DNA of 64,000 nt. It comes from Macrostomum lignano (lineage: Eukaryota). Below are positions 25,583 through 37,695 of this stretch, piece by piece (position 1 is the stretch's first letter; each line of letters starts with the position of its first letter). Location of the stretch: assembly GCA_002269645.1 (NCBI GenBank), contig NIVC01002777.1:62001-126000 (forward strand). The letters are read 5' to 3'. Both the position numbers and the translations under genes were made by a program. Below the pieces are notes generated by a model. It ran no database searches and was not told the DNA's origin. It was given only the letters and a program-made list of their open reading frames with translations.

Positions 25583-26563
25583 CTGGGCCCACTGGGAGGC
25601 GGAAATCTGCCACCCATAAACGGATCCGTATAAAACGAGGACGGGGGCCGTGGTCCGAAAAATGCAGGATGCACCGGCGGTCCCAGGCCTCGACCAGGGA
25701 TCGGTGGTGGATGCTGCTGGAAGCTCCATTGCTGCGGCTGCATCCGTGGCGCCGGCCTGCGACGTAGCGGCATCTCCTGCGGAGCTCCGGGCATGGAGAT
25801 GAGCATTGAGTCGAGCTTGCAGCCGCACTGCCCGACAGTCAAGCTGGAGTCGCCGCGGCAAAACGCTTCCTCGAGCTTGTCGTTGAGGCCGGGCTCTGGA
25901 AGAATCTCAACGGAGCTCCAGGCGCCGTGGCTGCCAAGGAAGAACCAGCGCCAGTTGGTGGCCAGGGGCCGGTGGAGGCTGGCGCGGCTCTCCGTGCGGA
26001 GGCAGCGAAGGCCGCCGGGAGGCTTGAGGTGTCCCGAGACCGACCGAATCTCGAATCTATCGGCCGAACCGGCAACGAACGACAGCGTCAGCTGACCGGG
26101 GAACTCGGAGCCGAGCTCGCCGCTGCCGACCGTCACTAAGTCGGAGCGGTCGGGCTGGCAGAAGGCCGCCTCCAGCTGCTCGTTCAGCGCGGCGTCCACG
26201 TCCTGCCAGCGGCTCGGCGGCCAGTGGGCGGCCCGCCACTGCCACAGATAAGGGACCTTGTGAGGGCAGTGCCGCCGAGGACAATTCTGGGAGAAGCATT
26301 CGTGCCGGAGGAACTCCTCGCACAGGGTTTCCTCGCTAGGAGCGGCACGAGACGCCTTTGGATTGGCGGCGGCTGAGGCAACGGGCGGCTTTTGCTGCGC
26401 TTTTGGGCTGCTGCAGAGTTTCAACTTTGCGATGTTTGGCACACTGCCTGCGGACAGCTTGTTTTGGCGCTTGCTTTGCAAGTCAGCCTTCTGCTGCTGT
26501 TCTGTCGATTGCTGATGACCTCGGAATTGGTGCTTGCCCGACTGGTGCAGCCCAATTGGCGGC
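25583..26563 (-). CDS. ZAP-like copy A, exon 6: CCCH finger plus tandem WWE domains
   Basis: ETLCEEFLRHECFSQNCPRRHCPHKVPYLWQW...WQDVD..LNEQLEAAFCQP resembles PARP12 finger-WWE1; NWRWFF...W...EDKLEEAF...LRRRP resembles WWE2; acceptor AAACAG|G, donor AG|GTTGGT. Confidence 0.85.
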
Positions 26564-26669
26564 CTGTTTGTACGAATGCCAGAGCGATCCAATTTAGTTC
26601 AAGTGCACATCGTTGAGAGAAAAGGGGTGGCGCCCCAGCCCCAACCAGGCCGATAAACATTTTCGGCCT

Positions 26670-26870
26670 CCCTCCTTACTGCTTTCTCATTGGCTGAGCT
26701 AGATTGGGCCTGTCCTCTAGGCTCTTTCCTTACTGCTCTCTCATTGGCTGAGCTAAATTGGCCCTGCCCACTAAGCTGAGTTTCGTTTGTCTAACTGTGA
26801 CCTCTCTCCTTACTGCTCTCTCATTGGCTGAGCTAGATTAGGCCTGCCCTCTAGGCTGAGTTTCGTCTGC
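26670..26870. repeat. Degenerate repeat (CTCCTTACTGCTCTCTCATTGGCTGAGCTAGATT) in the copy-A-specific intron
   Basis: Three imperfect copies. Confidence 0.75.
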
Positions 26871-27173
26871 CTTGGGTTCACTTGTGTAAATCGAATTAGT
26901 TGTCTGTTCATTCTTCACCCCCATATGCTCCCGAGGACGCAAACCCCGAGAAAAGAAATTTTAAATGCCACAATAAACTCTAATGACACTTCGCCCAGAC
27001 TAACTCATGTAAAAAGAGTATACGATCTACTTTTTCACAACAAAAATGTAGTGTCTGCCGTGTTAACTAATTAAGTCTTTCACAATTAGGGAGCCTTTAA
27101 AAAAGTTGTTTGAGTCGATCAGAGCGCCAAAACAAAAATGGCAGTTTGAAGGACTGGTAAAAAACAATCTTAC

Positions 27174-27643
27174 CTAGGACCATGTTGCGGCTGTGGCATA
27201 AGCGGCGCAACATTTGACGATTGCTGTGGAGCATTGCTTCTAGGAGGCTGATTAACGTTAGCAAAAGCAGCGGGTACTGGATTCGAATTGGTGTTGGGCA
27301 GCGGGGCGGGAATCAGGAAAGACCTGAGCACGTGACCAGGCTCCATCTTGTCCATGTCGAAGGGGAACAGCTTCATCTTGGTCTGCTCATCCATGCTCAG
27401 CACGTGCTGCCTGCGGCAGCGGCACTTGCCGCACTGCTTGAACTTGACGTTGTTGCACAGGTGAATGTCGGCACAGTCAGTTTGTTGACAGCCGGATTCT
27501 GAGTTGTAGGCTGAGCACACCTTCGGGTGGCTGGCCAGCAGCAGGTTGAGCACCTCCCGCTGTTTCAGGCCGTCTGCGATGCCCAAGGCGCTGCGAATTC
27601 GGTGGTTGCGGCCGCTGAGGTCGTGGCAGAGCCTGCAGTCCGC
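27174..27643 (-). CDS. ZAP-like copy A, exon 5: fingers 3-4 of last module
   Basis: CTCAG|ADCRLCHDLSGRNHR...HPKVCSAYN...HLCNNVKFKQCGKCRCRRQH; donor AG|GTAAGA in phase 2. Confidence 0.85.
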
Positions 27644-27684
27644 CTGAGCAATGCGGAAGGGCATTGGGGCATTTTTAATGAGGG

Positions 27685-27945
27685 ACTTTGAGCTGTGGGA
27701 TTCTGAGCTGTGGGATTCTCAACTGTGGGATTCTGAGCTGTAGGATTCTGAGCAGTGGGGCTGTGAGAGTCTGAGAAGTGGGGTTCTGAGCAGTGGGATT
27801 CTGAGCAGTGGGATTCTGAACTGTGGGATTCTGAGCTATGATATTCTGAGCTGTGGGATTCTGAGCTGTGGGATTCTGAGCTATGGGATTCTGAGTTTTG
27901 GGATTCTGAGCAGTGGGATTCTGAGCTGTAGGATTCTGAGCTGAG
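27685..27945. repeat. 15-bp minisatellite (TGGGATTCTGAGCTG)n, copy A intron 4
   Basis: Reverse complement of the 54490-55472 array. Confidence 0.95.
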
Positions 27946-28042
27946 TAATTAACAAGTTGCAGACTCAGTTGTGGGATGAGACTGATTGCAGGAAGGGGAT
28001 ATTGATCAAATCAAATTGCACAAGTCAAACGCATCTCCCCAC

Positions 28043-28822
28043 CTTATCATGCACTTTGCCGTCGGGGTCGGCCAGAAACCACAGGCACAGGTGCAGCTGG
28101 TAGCAGTCCGCATTCTGGCAGGACTTCGGTGCCCCGTTGTGCATCGGGCAGATGCGGAAGCGGCGAAACACATTCACGCTGACCGGCTGTCTGCTCACAG
28201 CATCCTTGTAGATGTCAATCATGCTCTGCAGCGGCTTCATCAACCCGTCGATGTTGTCCCGCCACTGCTCCAGCGGGAAGCCGCTCGGCAGTTTCAGGTC
28301 GGCCAGCAGCTCCGACGGTGCGGCTCGGCCGCTGCGGCGAATCAGCGCGGCGTAGGCGGGGCGAAGGCCGAGGCCGAGGGCCGACACGTCGGGCAGCGGG
28401 GGCGGCAGGCTCGGGGCGGGCGCAGGGGCGGGCGCAGGGGCGGGCGCAGGTGCGGGCGCAAGGGCGGGTCCGGGGACACCGGCCATGGCAGGCAGGGAGT
28501 TCCGCAGCGCAGCGGGTACCAGGAAGGATCTGGCGAGGAAGTTCAGGTTGCTGTCGTCCAGGCCGAACCTGGCCAGCTTGGCCGCCGTCTCCGGGTCCTT
28601 AGCGGCAGGCTCCAGGACGTGCCGCCTATGACACGGGCACAGCTGCTTAGCCAGCTTGTTTTCCCTGTGCAGCGCGTTGTTGCAAATGTGAATGTCGGGG
28701 CAGCGGGCATCGGAACACCCGCTGTCTGTGTTGTACTTGGCGCACACAGTCGGGTGGCTCGCACGCAGCAGCTCGAAGACCTTCTGGATGCCGACTGCGC
28801 CGAGGCCAATGCGGGCAAGCAG
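28043..28822 (-). CDS. ZAP-like copy A, exon 4: fingers 3-4, AP linker, then next HTH plus fingers 1-2
   Basis: CCGCAG|LLARIGL...HPTVCAKYN...CPDIHICNN...; ends DGKVHDK|GTGGGG; 780 nt, phase 0-0. Confidence 0.88.
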
Positions 28823-28844
28823 CTGCGGGCGAGTGAATGATTAG

Positions 28845-29915
28845 ATGATGGCTGTGATGACGAGTACAGCTGAAGCTGCAGGTGACTGATTGGATGATGG
28901 CTGTGATGACGAGTACAGCTGAAGCTGCAGGTGACTGATTAGATGATGGCTGTGATGACGAGTACAGCTGAAGCTGCAGGTGACTGATTGGATGATGGCT
29001 GTGATGACGAGTACAGCTGAAGCTGCAGGTGACTGATTGGATGATGGCTGTGATGACGAGTACAGCTGAAGCTGCAGGTGACTGATTGGATGATGGCTGT
29101 GATGACGAGTACAGCTGAAGCTGCAGGTGACTGATTGGATGATGGCTGTGATGACGAGTACAGCTGAAGCTGCAGGTGAATGATTGGATGATGGCTGTAA
29201 TGACAAGCAGGTGAATGATTGGATGGCTGTGATGACAAGCAAGTGAATGATTGGATGGCTGTGATGACAAGCAGGTGAATGATTGGATGATGGCTGTGAT
29301 GACAAGCAGGTGACTGATTCGATGATGGCTGTGATGACGAGTACAGCTGGAGCTGCAGGTTACTGATTGGATGATGGCTGTGATGACAAGCAGGTGACTG
29401 ATTGGATGGCTGTGATGACAAGCAGGTGACTGATTGGATGGCTGTGATGATGAGCACAGCTGGAGCTGCAGGTGATAGTGGGAAATCGCAATGACAGCAC
29501 AGAACAGCAGTTATTGACAGCATGAAACAGCACAAAACAGTAATAACTGACAGCATAAAACAGCAATTACTGACAGCATGAAGCAGCACAAAACAGCAAT
29601 TACTGACAGCACAAAACAGCAATTACTGACAGCACAAAACAGCAGCTACTGACAGCATGAAACAGCACAAAACATCAGTTACTGAAAGCACAAAACAGCA
29701 GTTATTGACATCAGGAAACAGCACAAAACAGCAATTACTGACAGCACAAAACCGCAATTACTGACATCACAAACAGCAATTACTGACATCACAAACAGCA
29801 ATTACTGACAGCATGAAGCAGCACAAAACAGCAATTACTGACAGCACAAAACAGCAATTACTGACAGCATGAAGCAGCACAAAACATCAGTTACTGACAG
29901 CACAAAACAGCAGTT
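28845..29915. repeat. Bipartite minisatellite intron of copy A (49-bp array plus about 23-bp array)
   Basis: Reverse complement of the arrays at 50240-51420. Confidence 0.93.
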
Positions 29916-29928
29916 TACAGTTACAGAC

Positions 29929-30345
29929 CTCCTTATTGCGCGCATCCCCCAGTCCGTGAACCAGACCGCACTGTCCATTGTGCACCCTTCCATCTGGGTC
30001 GCCCAGCCACCACAGACAGAAGTGCAGCCGCTTGCACTTCGGATTCGTGCAGCTGTCCTTGGCGCCATTGTAGAACTGGCAAATTCGAACACAAGGATAA
30101 GCATTGAGCCGCCCCTCACACAGAATGAGCTTCCCGCCTGGCTGATCCGACAGCCACTGATCCAGTGGGAAATTTGATTCCAATGCGAATCTCTCCAGGA
30201 ATTCTGGCACCGTGGCGCTGCCGCCTGTAGTCAGCAGGAAGTTCAACACATTGTCCAGCGTCAGCAATGGCGCTGACTGAATGTGCCGAAACACATGGTC
30301 AAAGTTCAGAGCGTCCTTGTATAGGTCCTGCTTCTCTGGCCCAGC
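29929..30345 (-). CDS. ZAP-like copy A, exon 3: helical/HTH segment plus fingers 1-2 of an NTD module
   Basis: LTLDNVLNFLLTTGGSATVPEFL resembles ZAP FITKILCAHGGRMALDALL; RICQFYNG...CKRLHFCLWW; near-identical to 49819-50229. Confidence 0.88.
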
Positions 30346-30570
30346 CTGTTAGTAAGGAAAACAAAGCTTTCAGTGACTATAGGGAGGCTTTTTACTGACT
30401 ATAGGGGAGCTTTCACTGACTATAGGGGAGCTTTCACTGACTATAGGGTAGCTTTTACCGAGTATAGGGGAGCTTTGACACAATCGGAAAGCAATCTATT
30501 GAATGCATTAGCTAAATGTCAATAGCTTTCATCGTTAAAAATGTGATCAATATTTCCTCAAATTCCTTAC

Positions 30571-30939
30571 AATGTTTTCCGGCAAACTCTGTGGCGGTCC
30601 TAAATCTTTCAGATATTCCGCCTCTTCAATGTCGATTCCATCTGCCTTTTGACCGTCGTCCTCTTCTGTAACATCGACCAACAAATCGTCATCGACAAAG
30701 TCGCCATACGAAGCAACGTCCGATTCGTCAGCGTTGTCGTCGTCCAAGTCGCCGACGCTCGACTGGTTGTCGCCGACGCTGGACGCGGCTGAGGTTAACG
30801 ACTCGGCTCGGCTGCTAATTCCAGCGTCGCCTGCGGCAGCTCCCTGCTGACTGCGACAGCGTCTGCAATGACAGGCGCGAGCTCTGCGCAGCTTGGCCTG
30901 GTCGTACGGGTCGCTCACCACAACGAATCGCCACGCCAC
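30571..30939 (-). CDS. ZAP-like copy A, exon 2: acidic linker
   Basis: CTGCAG|VAWRFVVV...DDDNADESD...LPENI|GTAAGG; 369 nt, phase 0-0, linking exons 1 and 3. Confidence 0.7.
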
Positions 30940-31065
30940 CTGCAGTACACAATACACACATTTCTGTATATTGTGCCGGTTCTCTACACGCGATGGCTAC
31001 AAGCGAGGAGCGAACCTGCACTCAACACTCCTAGCCGCCTAGCTAGAGGGGGTGGGTGCACTAAG

Positions 31066-31383
31066 AATAATAATAATAATAATTGATTACACCTGCCCCA
31101 AATAGCAGATGCGCAACCGACAGCTCAGCCGCAGCTATTGCGCGGCGCATCTGAAGGCTGCGTACGGCTGTTCAGTCCAAGGACTGGGGGGGGGGGGGGG
31201 GTCACCGCACACAGCCTCAATTACCCCAGCTAATGCTGGCACCCATTTTACAGCTGGGTGAACTGAAGCAATGCAGAGTTGAGTGTCTTGCTCAAGGACA
31301 CAAATTGTTCCAGTGGGATCGGGAATCGAACCCCCGACCTTCAAGTTGTAAGTCCGACGCTCTAACCACTAGGCTACAACCCC
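31066..31383 (-). mobile_element. tRNA-derived SINE with CORE-like central domain and (ATT)n tail
   Basis: Minus strand: A box TAGCCTAGTGG, B box GGTTCGATTCC, then GTGTCCTTGAGCAAGACACTCAAC...CAGCTGTAAAATGGG resembling the CORE consensus CCTTGGGCAAGTCACTTAAC...CTGTAAAATGGG. Confidence 0.8.
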
Positions 31384-31466
31384 TAAATAGTTGAGAGACT
31401 GAGATAATACCTTGACAATTCGATAGAACTGACTATTCTATATTTTAAAATATTTTGAATACAGAC

Positions 31467-31937
31467 CTGCACATCCACCCAGTCGGCAGGGATATGAATA
31501 TTGCGCCGCGCAATAGCCTCTCGATCAAGCCGATGACTCAGTCGGCACTGCGCATCTCGTGGGCATTTCTTTCCTAGTGCAGTTGATGGACAGCAGTGCA
31601 AATTGGGACACTTGGCTGGTCCTAGACGACACTTTCCACGCCAATAGTGCGTGCAGGGTCGAACAAATGCTTGCCGAAGGATGTATCTGTGGCGCTGTGC
31701 CTCGCACTTTGGTGACAACTTTGGAAAATAGTGTTTCAATATATTCTCATTATGCATTGTCAGGGTTGAATGCGCCATTTTACAGTTGGACTCGGCTTTG
31801 CAATAGCCAGCCAGCCATCTTGAGCATATGTGGAGACTGCAGCACTGTTTATCCTTGCAAATTGCAGCATTCCTATACATTGAGCACAGTTGTAAATTTT
31901 TGGGAAAATGAGTGCCCTGTTGATGCTTAGGAGGCAT
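31467..31937 (-). CDS. ZAP/PARP12-like copy A, exon 1: divergent four-finger CCCH module
   Basis: ATG 31937; CSMYRNAAICKDKQCCSLHICSRWLAGYCKAESNCKMAH ... CTHYWRGKCRLGPAKCPNLHCC...CPRDAQCRLSH; donor CAG|GTCTGT in phase 0. Confidence 0.75.
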
Positions 31938-34564
31938 TGCTATGTAGATTGTTTATGTTTATAACATGAAACATAAAGCAGTATTTATTATAATGGTGTA
32001 AAAGGTTAAGTAGTATTTTGCAAATGTGTTATTTAATTTAATCAGGCCAATCAAAAGATTATTAAAAACAAAAATAAAAATGCATAGTTGAAAAAAAAAG
32101 TTCTTTGTTTAGTGTAGCATTTCATTTTGAATGTATAGAATACCACTGATTAAAATCATGAAAAATGACAAATTGAAATATGCTAAGAATATATAAGTAT
32201 AGCACTTAGCCAATAATTTAGCTAGGTAAAGAGGCTACTAGACAAGGTAAGTCATAAAGTTATTGTTTTATACATCCATATCTGTGATAGATTCCAGAAA
32301 ATATGGCTCAATTCTTTTTAAAAGACTTGAACAATTTGACTTTTTTCCCATTATGGTACACGTGTAAGGCTTCTGAACTAATCCCATCATTTCACAAGGC
32401 TACCAAGTTGTGATAGGGGTATAAGATGATCTTATTTCTGACCCAAAGTTGTTACAGTGGTCTACTACTCTTACTAGCCTACTTATATATCTTTTATGCA
32501 TAAGTAGAACTTATTAGCAGAGCATGTAGTATCTACTATAGCATTTGTACTACTTGTATTTACTGGCCTGAGTGGCTATATGGCACTGTCTATCCTATTC
32601 CTATGTTCTATGTACTCCTATGATTCTTCTTCCAATTTTAGGGTTCCTTGAAGGAATAAAAAGATGAATTTCAATTGAAAACTTTCTAAGTTATAAGTTA
32701 ATAACTGAAAGGCTCACTAATCACAAGCAAGGTTTTTGCTCTCTCAGTTTTTGGTCTTCTATTTATACTGGTTAAAAATCACTTTAAAACAAATTTACTT
32801 GTAGAATATTATTTGGAAACACTATAGTTGAACAAAATTGGGGCAGGAATTTAAATATAATTTCTAAGAAACTTTTCTAAGAAATTTTCCAAGGCAATTT
32901 TCTAAGAAACAGCAAATTAGAATTGTAGCAAAACAGTTTTATACTATAAAAAGAATATAAAGAACATATTATATTGCATTTACTGTGAAAAATGCACTAC
33001 TTCATTAGAAGAAATTGACAAAGAAAAAGGAGTTTGGAATTGATGTAAAAATACAAAAAGAAATGCTAGGACCCTCTTATCTTAACAAATAAGACTAGAA
33101 GTAATACATAAGATACATATACTAGGGCCTACTAAAACCACCTAGGCTAGAATACATTGCCAGAAATGCTACTAGAATGACCAAAACTGCTACCATAAAT
33201 GTAACTATTAATAAGAACTAGAAAAAGTAGCCATATTCTAGAAATATAATTTGCTAAACATGAATGCATACATTGAAGTATAGGCTTACCTAGACCTATG
33301 ACAGCTTTAATGGCATTAGTAAAATATTTATAAAAAAGGGAAAGCCCTAAGACAACTTGGTATTGGTGGCAGCAAGGATGCTAACCAATTTGGCAATAGA
33401 GATTCACTATGGATAAATTCAGCAAAGTATTTAAAGTATAAAGTAGTATAAACTATTTATCTAAGCATAAGTCTGAGTATTGGTCTAAAGATTATTCTGA
33501 GTATTAAATTCTCATAGGTAGCATTCTCACTGTTATTTTGGTAGCATTCTTACTGTTATTCTAGTAGCTTTCTTATTATTTTCTGGCCTAAGCAGTTTAG
33601 GGTCTACCTAGTATAAAATGGTTAGCATGGTTGTAACACTCGAGGACACTCGCACTGTCATAGCCTTCCAAAAATGACATTAAATGACACTTATCTCTAC
33701 TGTCACCAGCACGACACTGACATGCGACACTGCCCTACGACACTGGCCTGGACTGTTGCCAGCATGACACTGCCCTACGATACTAGCCTGGACTGTCACC
33801 AGCACGACACTGATATGCAACACTGCCCTATGACACTGGCCTGGACTGTCAGTGGCACGACACTGACATGCGACACTGCCCTATGACACTAGCCTAGACT
33901 ACTACCAGTATAACACTGACATACAACACTGCCCTAAGACACTCATCTAATACTCATCCAACACTCATTTGACACTTATCCGACATTCATCCAACACTTA
34001 TGACACTCATCAGACACTGCCTAACACTCATCCAACACTGCCCAATACTCATCCAACACTGCCCGACACTCATCTGACACTGCCGAAATTTATCCAACAT
34101 TGCCTGACACTCATCTGACACCCATCTGACACTCATAGTCTGAAGGAAAAGTCAACAACTAAAAGAAAGAATAAATCGGCTGATAACGATAAGGTCAGCA
34201 GTAAAAACACTGCCTACTGGATTGTCTATTTTCAAAATCCAAAATGGCAAGTGGCTTTGGTTAGCCACAGCCAGACCCAATTTTCAAACAGTTGTGGCAC
34301 CAAGGGTCAGCAGGAATACTCTGTGAGAGATGAAGTACGAGTTTGAGTAGCCAAAGGTGGTAACTCAAAGGCAGCCCTGCACGAAGCCACAATTTTAAGG
34401 GCCTATACTCCACTAAGGGAACAATCGGAAGTTGCCTTACAGTGCTATAGGCAATAGCCACTAGTACCAACCATCAACTTGGCAAGTAGGTGCACTTGTT
34501 ACCCCTCTTTGCAGCAAGACCTTTTGAGTTTGTGTGCCAAAATAGAGAAAAACATGCAGATGCA

Positions 34565-34861
34565 CATACATGCGCAACAGTCGGCCGAGTCGGCCGATCC
34601 GGCCGACCGATTTGGCGGCCAACCAAAGAAGTCGCAAAAATGCCCACCTAAAAGAACACTAAGTAGTAGTACTAAGTAGCTGACGAGGCATTTTGTTTTT
34701 ATAAGACAGTCATAGTTACTCCTGCCGTTTACCCATAGTTGCGTTAATTTTGCTTTCGGGTTTTTTTACATGTAAGTCGCATTTTTGGCCAATAACTACG
34801 TCGCATTTTTGTTAAAACTAAGTCGCACGGCCGACCGAATTTTGGAGGTTGCGCATATATG
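34565..34861 (+). mobile_element. hAT MITE, copy 1
   Basis: 14-bp TIR CATACATGCGCAAC; perfect 8-bp TSD CAGATGCA. Confidence 0.9.
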
Positions 34862-34869
34862 CAGATGCA

Positions 34870-35700
34870 TGACAAAAAGTGTCACACTAAACATAGTCTG
34901 ACTGCAAGCTACAAAGCTGAGCCGGAGAAGACTGCAGAGATCTTGCAATTGCAAAAACAACCTGAGAAGTTGCGCTTGTCGGCGGCCACCAACAGACAAA
35001 GCACAGAAAAGATACTAGACAAGTATAAATGGAGCATCGAGATGCTCAAGACTGAGTGTCGCATCCTAAAGAAGTATTCACTGATGCCGTACTGGACAAC
35101 TTGAAATCTAAATGTTGTCAAAGATAGCAAAAAAGTCATGGCTACAATCTCTCAGTCGCAGTCCAGAGATAACACTACTAGATTGCATGAGGCTACAAAA
35201 GTGCTGGAGAGTGCAGCAGTCTGCAGCATCATCCCAAATAGCAATAGTGCTGCAAATGATGTCATTGCTACAGAGCAGTGGTCTGTTTAAGTTGGCAAGG
35301 ATCTTCAACCAAGGCTTGGGTCAGTTATGCTAACCTGAATGCAGATGTCAAAATTCTAGCCAGTAGCCTTGCCACGGCAAAAGGAGCTTTTCTAGGCAAT
35401 TCCCAGAAAACAAACAAGAATGGAAAGAAGGGTCGACAGAAGTCTAATACCATAGCATTGGACAGAGGTCTGCAAGTTCTCTTCTAGGCATGTTTCACAC
35501 CCAAGGAAATGGCCAAAATGTCTTACCAAGGAAGAGCCATCAAAGACAGCACCAACAGACTAGCTGCCAATTAACATCAAAGAACAGCCATAGAATCTTA
35601 TCTAGATGCAATGGGACTGAGAAGCATTGGTCTACGCAGAATTCCATATCTGTACAGTCACATGTTGGAAGCTGTGAGAAAGAAGATGAACATTGGTGAC
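34870..35700 (+). pseudogene. Decayed ORF with BEN-domain-like C-terminal segment
   Basis: LDRGLQVLF*ACFTPKEMAKMSYQGRAIKDSTNRLAAN*HQRTAIESYL...MLEAVRKKMN fits the BEN pattern; several in-frame stops. Confidence 0.45.
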
Positions 35701-36027
35701 AACAATCAGTGATGGCGGCGAGAAGGCAGGTGATGGCGGCGATAAGGCATGTGATGGCAGCGATGAGGAAGATGACACTAGCAACAAGGCTGACATGGAA
35801 ACTTTATGAAGTTTTCTAAAATGCAGTGACAGTGTATTAAGTGACCTAAATGTCTATTTGTGACCCAACATCTTTTTGTAAGATACTTAGTGAATAAATC
35901 CACAATTTGCTTAATACATAGATTAAGCAACTTACTTCTTTGGATACAAAATTCATTTGCTACTTCTTGATTAGCTTTGCTACACGAGTTTCAGGCAGTG
36001 TTGGATGAGTGTTGGGCAATGTTGGAT

Positions 36028-36340
36028 CATACATGTGCAACAGTTGGTCGATCTGACTGACCGATTTGGCGGCCAACCAAGGAAGTCACAAAAATGCTAA
36101 CCCAAAAAATACCTAAGTTGTAGTACTAAGTAGCTGATGAAGCATTTTGACTTAATACGACAGTCATAGTTACTCTTGCCATTTACCTAAAGTTGTATTA
36201 ATTTTGCATTAGGGTTTTTTTTACATTTAAGTTGCATTTTCGGCCAAAAAATATGTCGCATTTTTGGCCAAAAACTATGTTGCATTTTTGTTAAAACTAA
36301 GTCGCATGGCTGACCAAATTTTGGAGGTTGTGCATGTATG
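36028..36340 (+). mobile_element. hAT MITE, copy 2
   Basis: TIR CATACATGTGCAAC; perfect 8-bp TSD TGTTGGAT. Confidence 0.88.
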
Positions 36341-37401
36341 TGTTGGATGAGTGTTGGATGAGTGTCAGGCAGTGTTGGATGAGTGTTAGACGAATGTGGG
36401 ATGAGATGAGTGTCAGATCAGTGTCAGACAAGTGTCGGATGAGTGTCAGATAAGTGTCGGGCAGTGTCAGATGAGTGTTGGGCAATATTGGATAAGCATT
36501 AGACGAGTATTGGAGGAGTGTCGGGCAGTGTAGGATGAGTATAGGATAAGTATCAGACAAGTGTCAGATGAGTGTCAGACAAGTGTTGGATGACTAGTAT
36601 CATTAGGTGGTGTCATTAGGCAGTGTCATTTTAGCCAAAAGTGGCAGTGCTAACAACTGTCATATTTTAAGTGTCAGTCATTATTGGTTTGTAAATTAGA
36701 AAGAAAGTTGTACCTTAAGTGTAAAGTAGCTTGGACACTAATTTTTAAAGAAAATATTCTTTAAAAATTATAAGAGTTTCACTAAACTTTAAAGTAACTG
36801 TCTTTGCTAAAAACTATTATTCTTTTTTTTACTTTTGTTTAAAATTTTCCAGCGTAAAAACAACCTTTTGGACTATGAAAAGTAGAACTTGAGTGCGCAT
36901 ACACTACATGGCATATAACCATGTTAAATGCATGTAAAAGTCAAATCCTGTCTCTGATTCTGCATTAAACAGCTTCTTTGCATACGCATACAATGGAGTG
37001 CGCACACACCTTCTTTAAGAGCACACAAGTAGGCTCCTTTTCAGTACACAAGTGCGCACAAATTTGATAAGCGCATACAAACGCATAACAACTTTTGTGC
37101 AAGAATTCCATCCTGGCAAAGTCTATAATAAGGTAGATTGTTTAATTGCTTTCAAGAAACATATTTTGAAATTTCAAGGTTTACTGATATTGTTTATACA
37201 ATAAAAATTATTAGCACAAAATATGACTAATATTTGTGTGTTCTTTGTAAGCTTATCTTATAAAGTATAGATTTAAAATTAAATGAGAATCCAATACTAA
37301 CTAGATAAGTAGGCTAGGCTAGCTAATAATAATTTTATTTTTAATATAACTAACCCAACTATTCATTAATCATTCAATGAAGTATTTCGAACTAATCTGA
37401 T

Positions 37402-37695
37402 CATACATGCGCAACCTCCAAAATTCGGTCGGCCATGCAACTTAGGCCTAGTTTTAACAAAAATGCAACATAGTTTTTGGCCAAAAATGCAACTTACATA
37501 TAAAAAAACCCTAATGCAAAATTAACGCAACTTTGGATAAACGGCAGGAGTAACTATGACTGTCTTATTAAGTCAAAATGCCTCATCAGCTACTTAGTAT
37601 TACTACTTTGGTATTTTTTAGGTAGGCATTTTTGCGACTTCCTTGGTTGGCCACCAAATTGGTCAGCCGGATTGGCCGACTGTTGCGCATGTATG
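37402..37695 (-). mobile_element. hAT MITE, copy 3 (inverted)
   Basis: TIR CATACATGCGCAAC; perfect 8-bp TSD AATCTGAT. Confidence 0.9.

Larger units (their letters stand above)
33650..36650. mobile_element. Probable decayed DNA element with inverted subterminal GACACTG-rich satellite arrays
   Basis: GACACT arrays at 33690-34130 are mirrored by AGTGTC arrays at 35990-36630; imperfect ends GCACTG...AAAATGACA; no TSD found. Confidence 0.45.

Noticed and set aside
27986-28840. Long antisense ORFs opposite the ZAP-like exons (also 51416-52195, 53890-54387)
   Set aside because: Shadow frames of GC-rich coding sequence with no recognisable motifs
31311-31383. tRNA gene
   Set aside because: Poorly paired anticodon stem and direct continuation into a CORE-like body and tail; it is a SINE head
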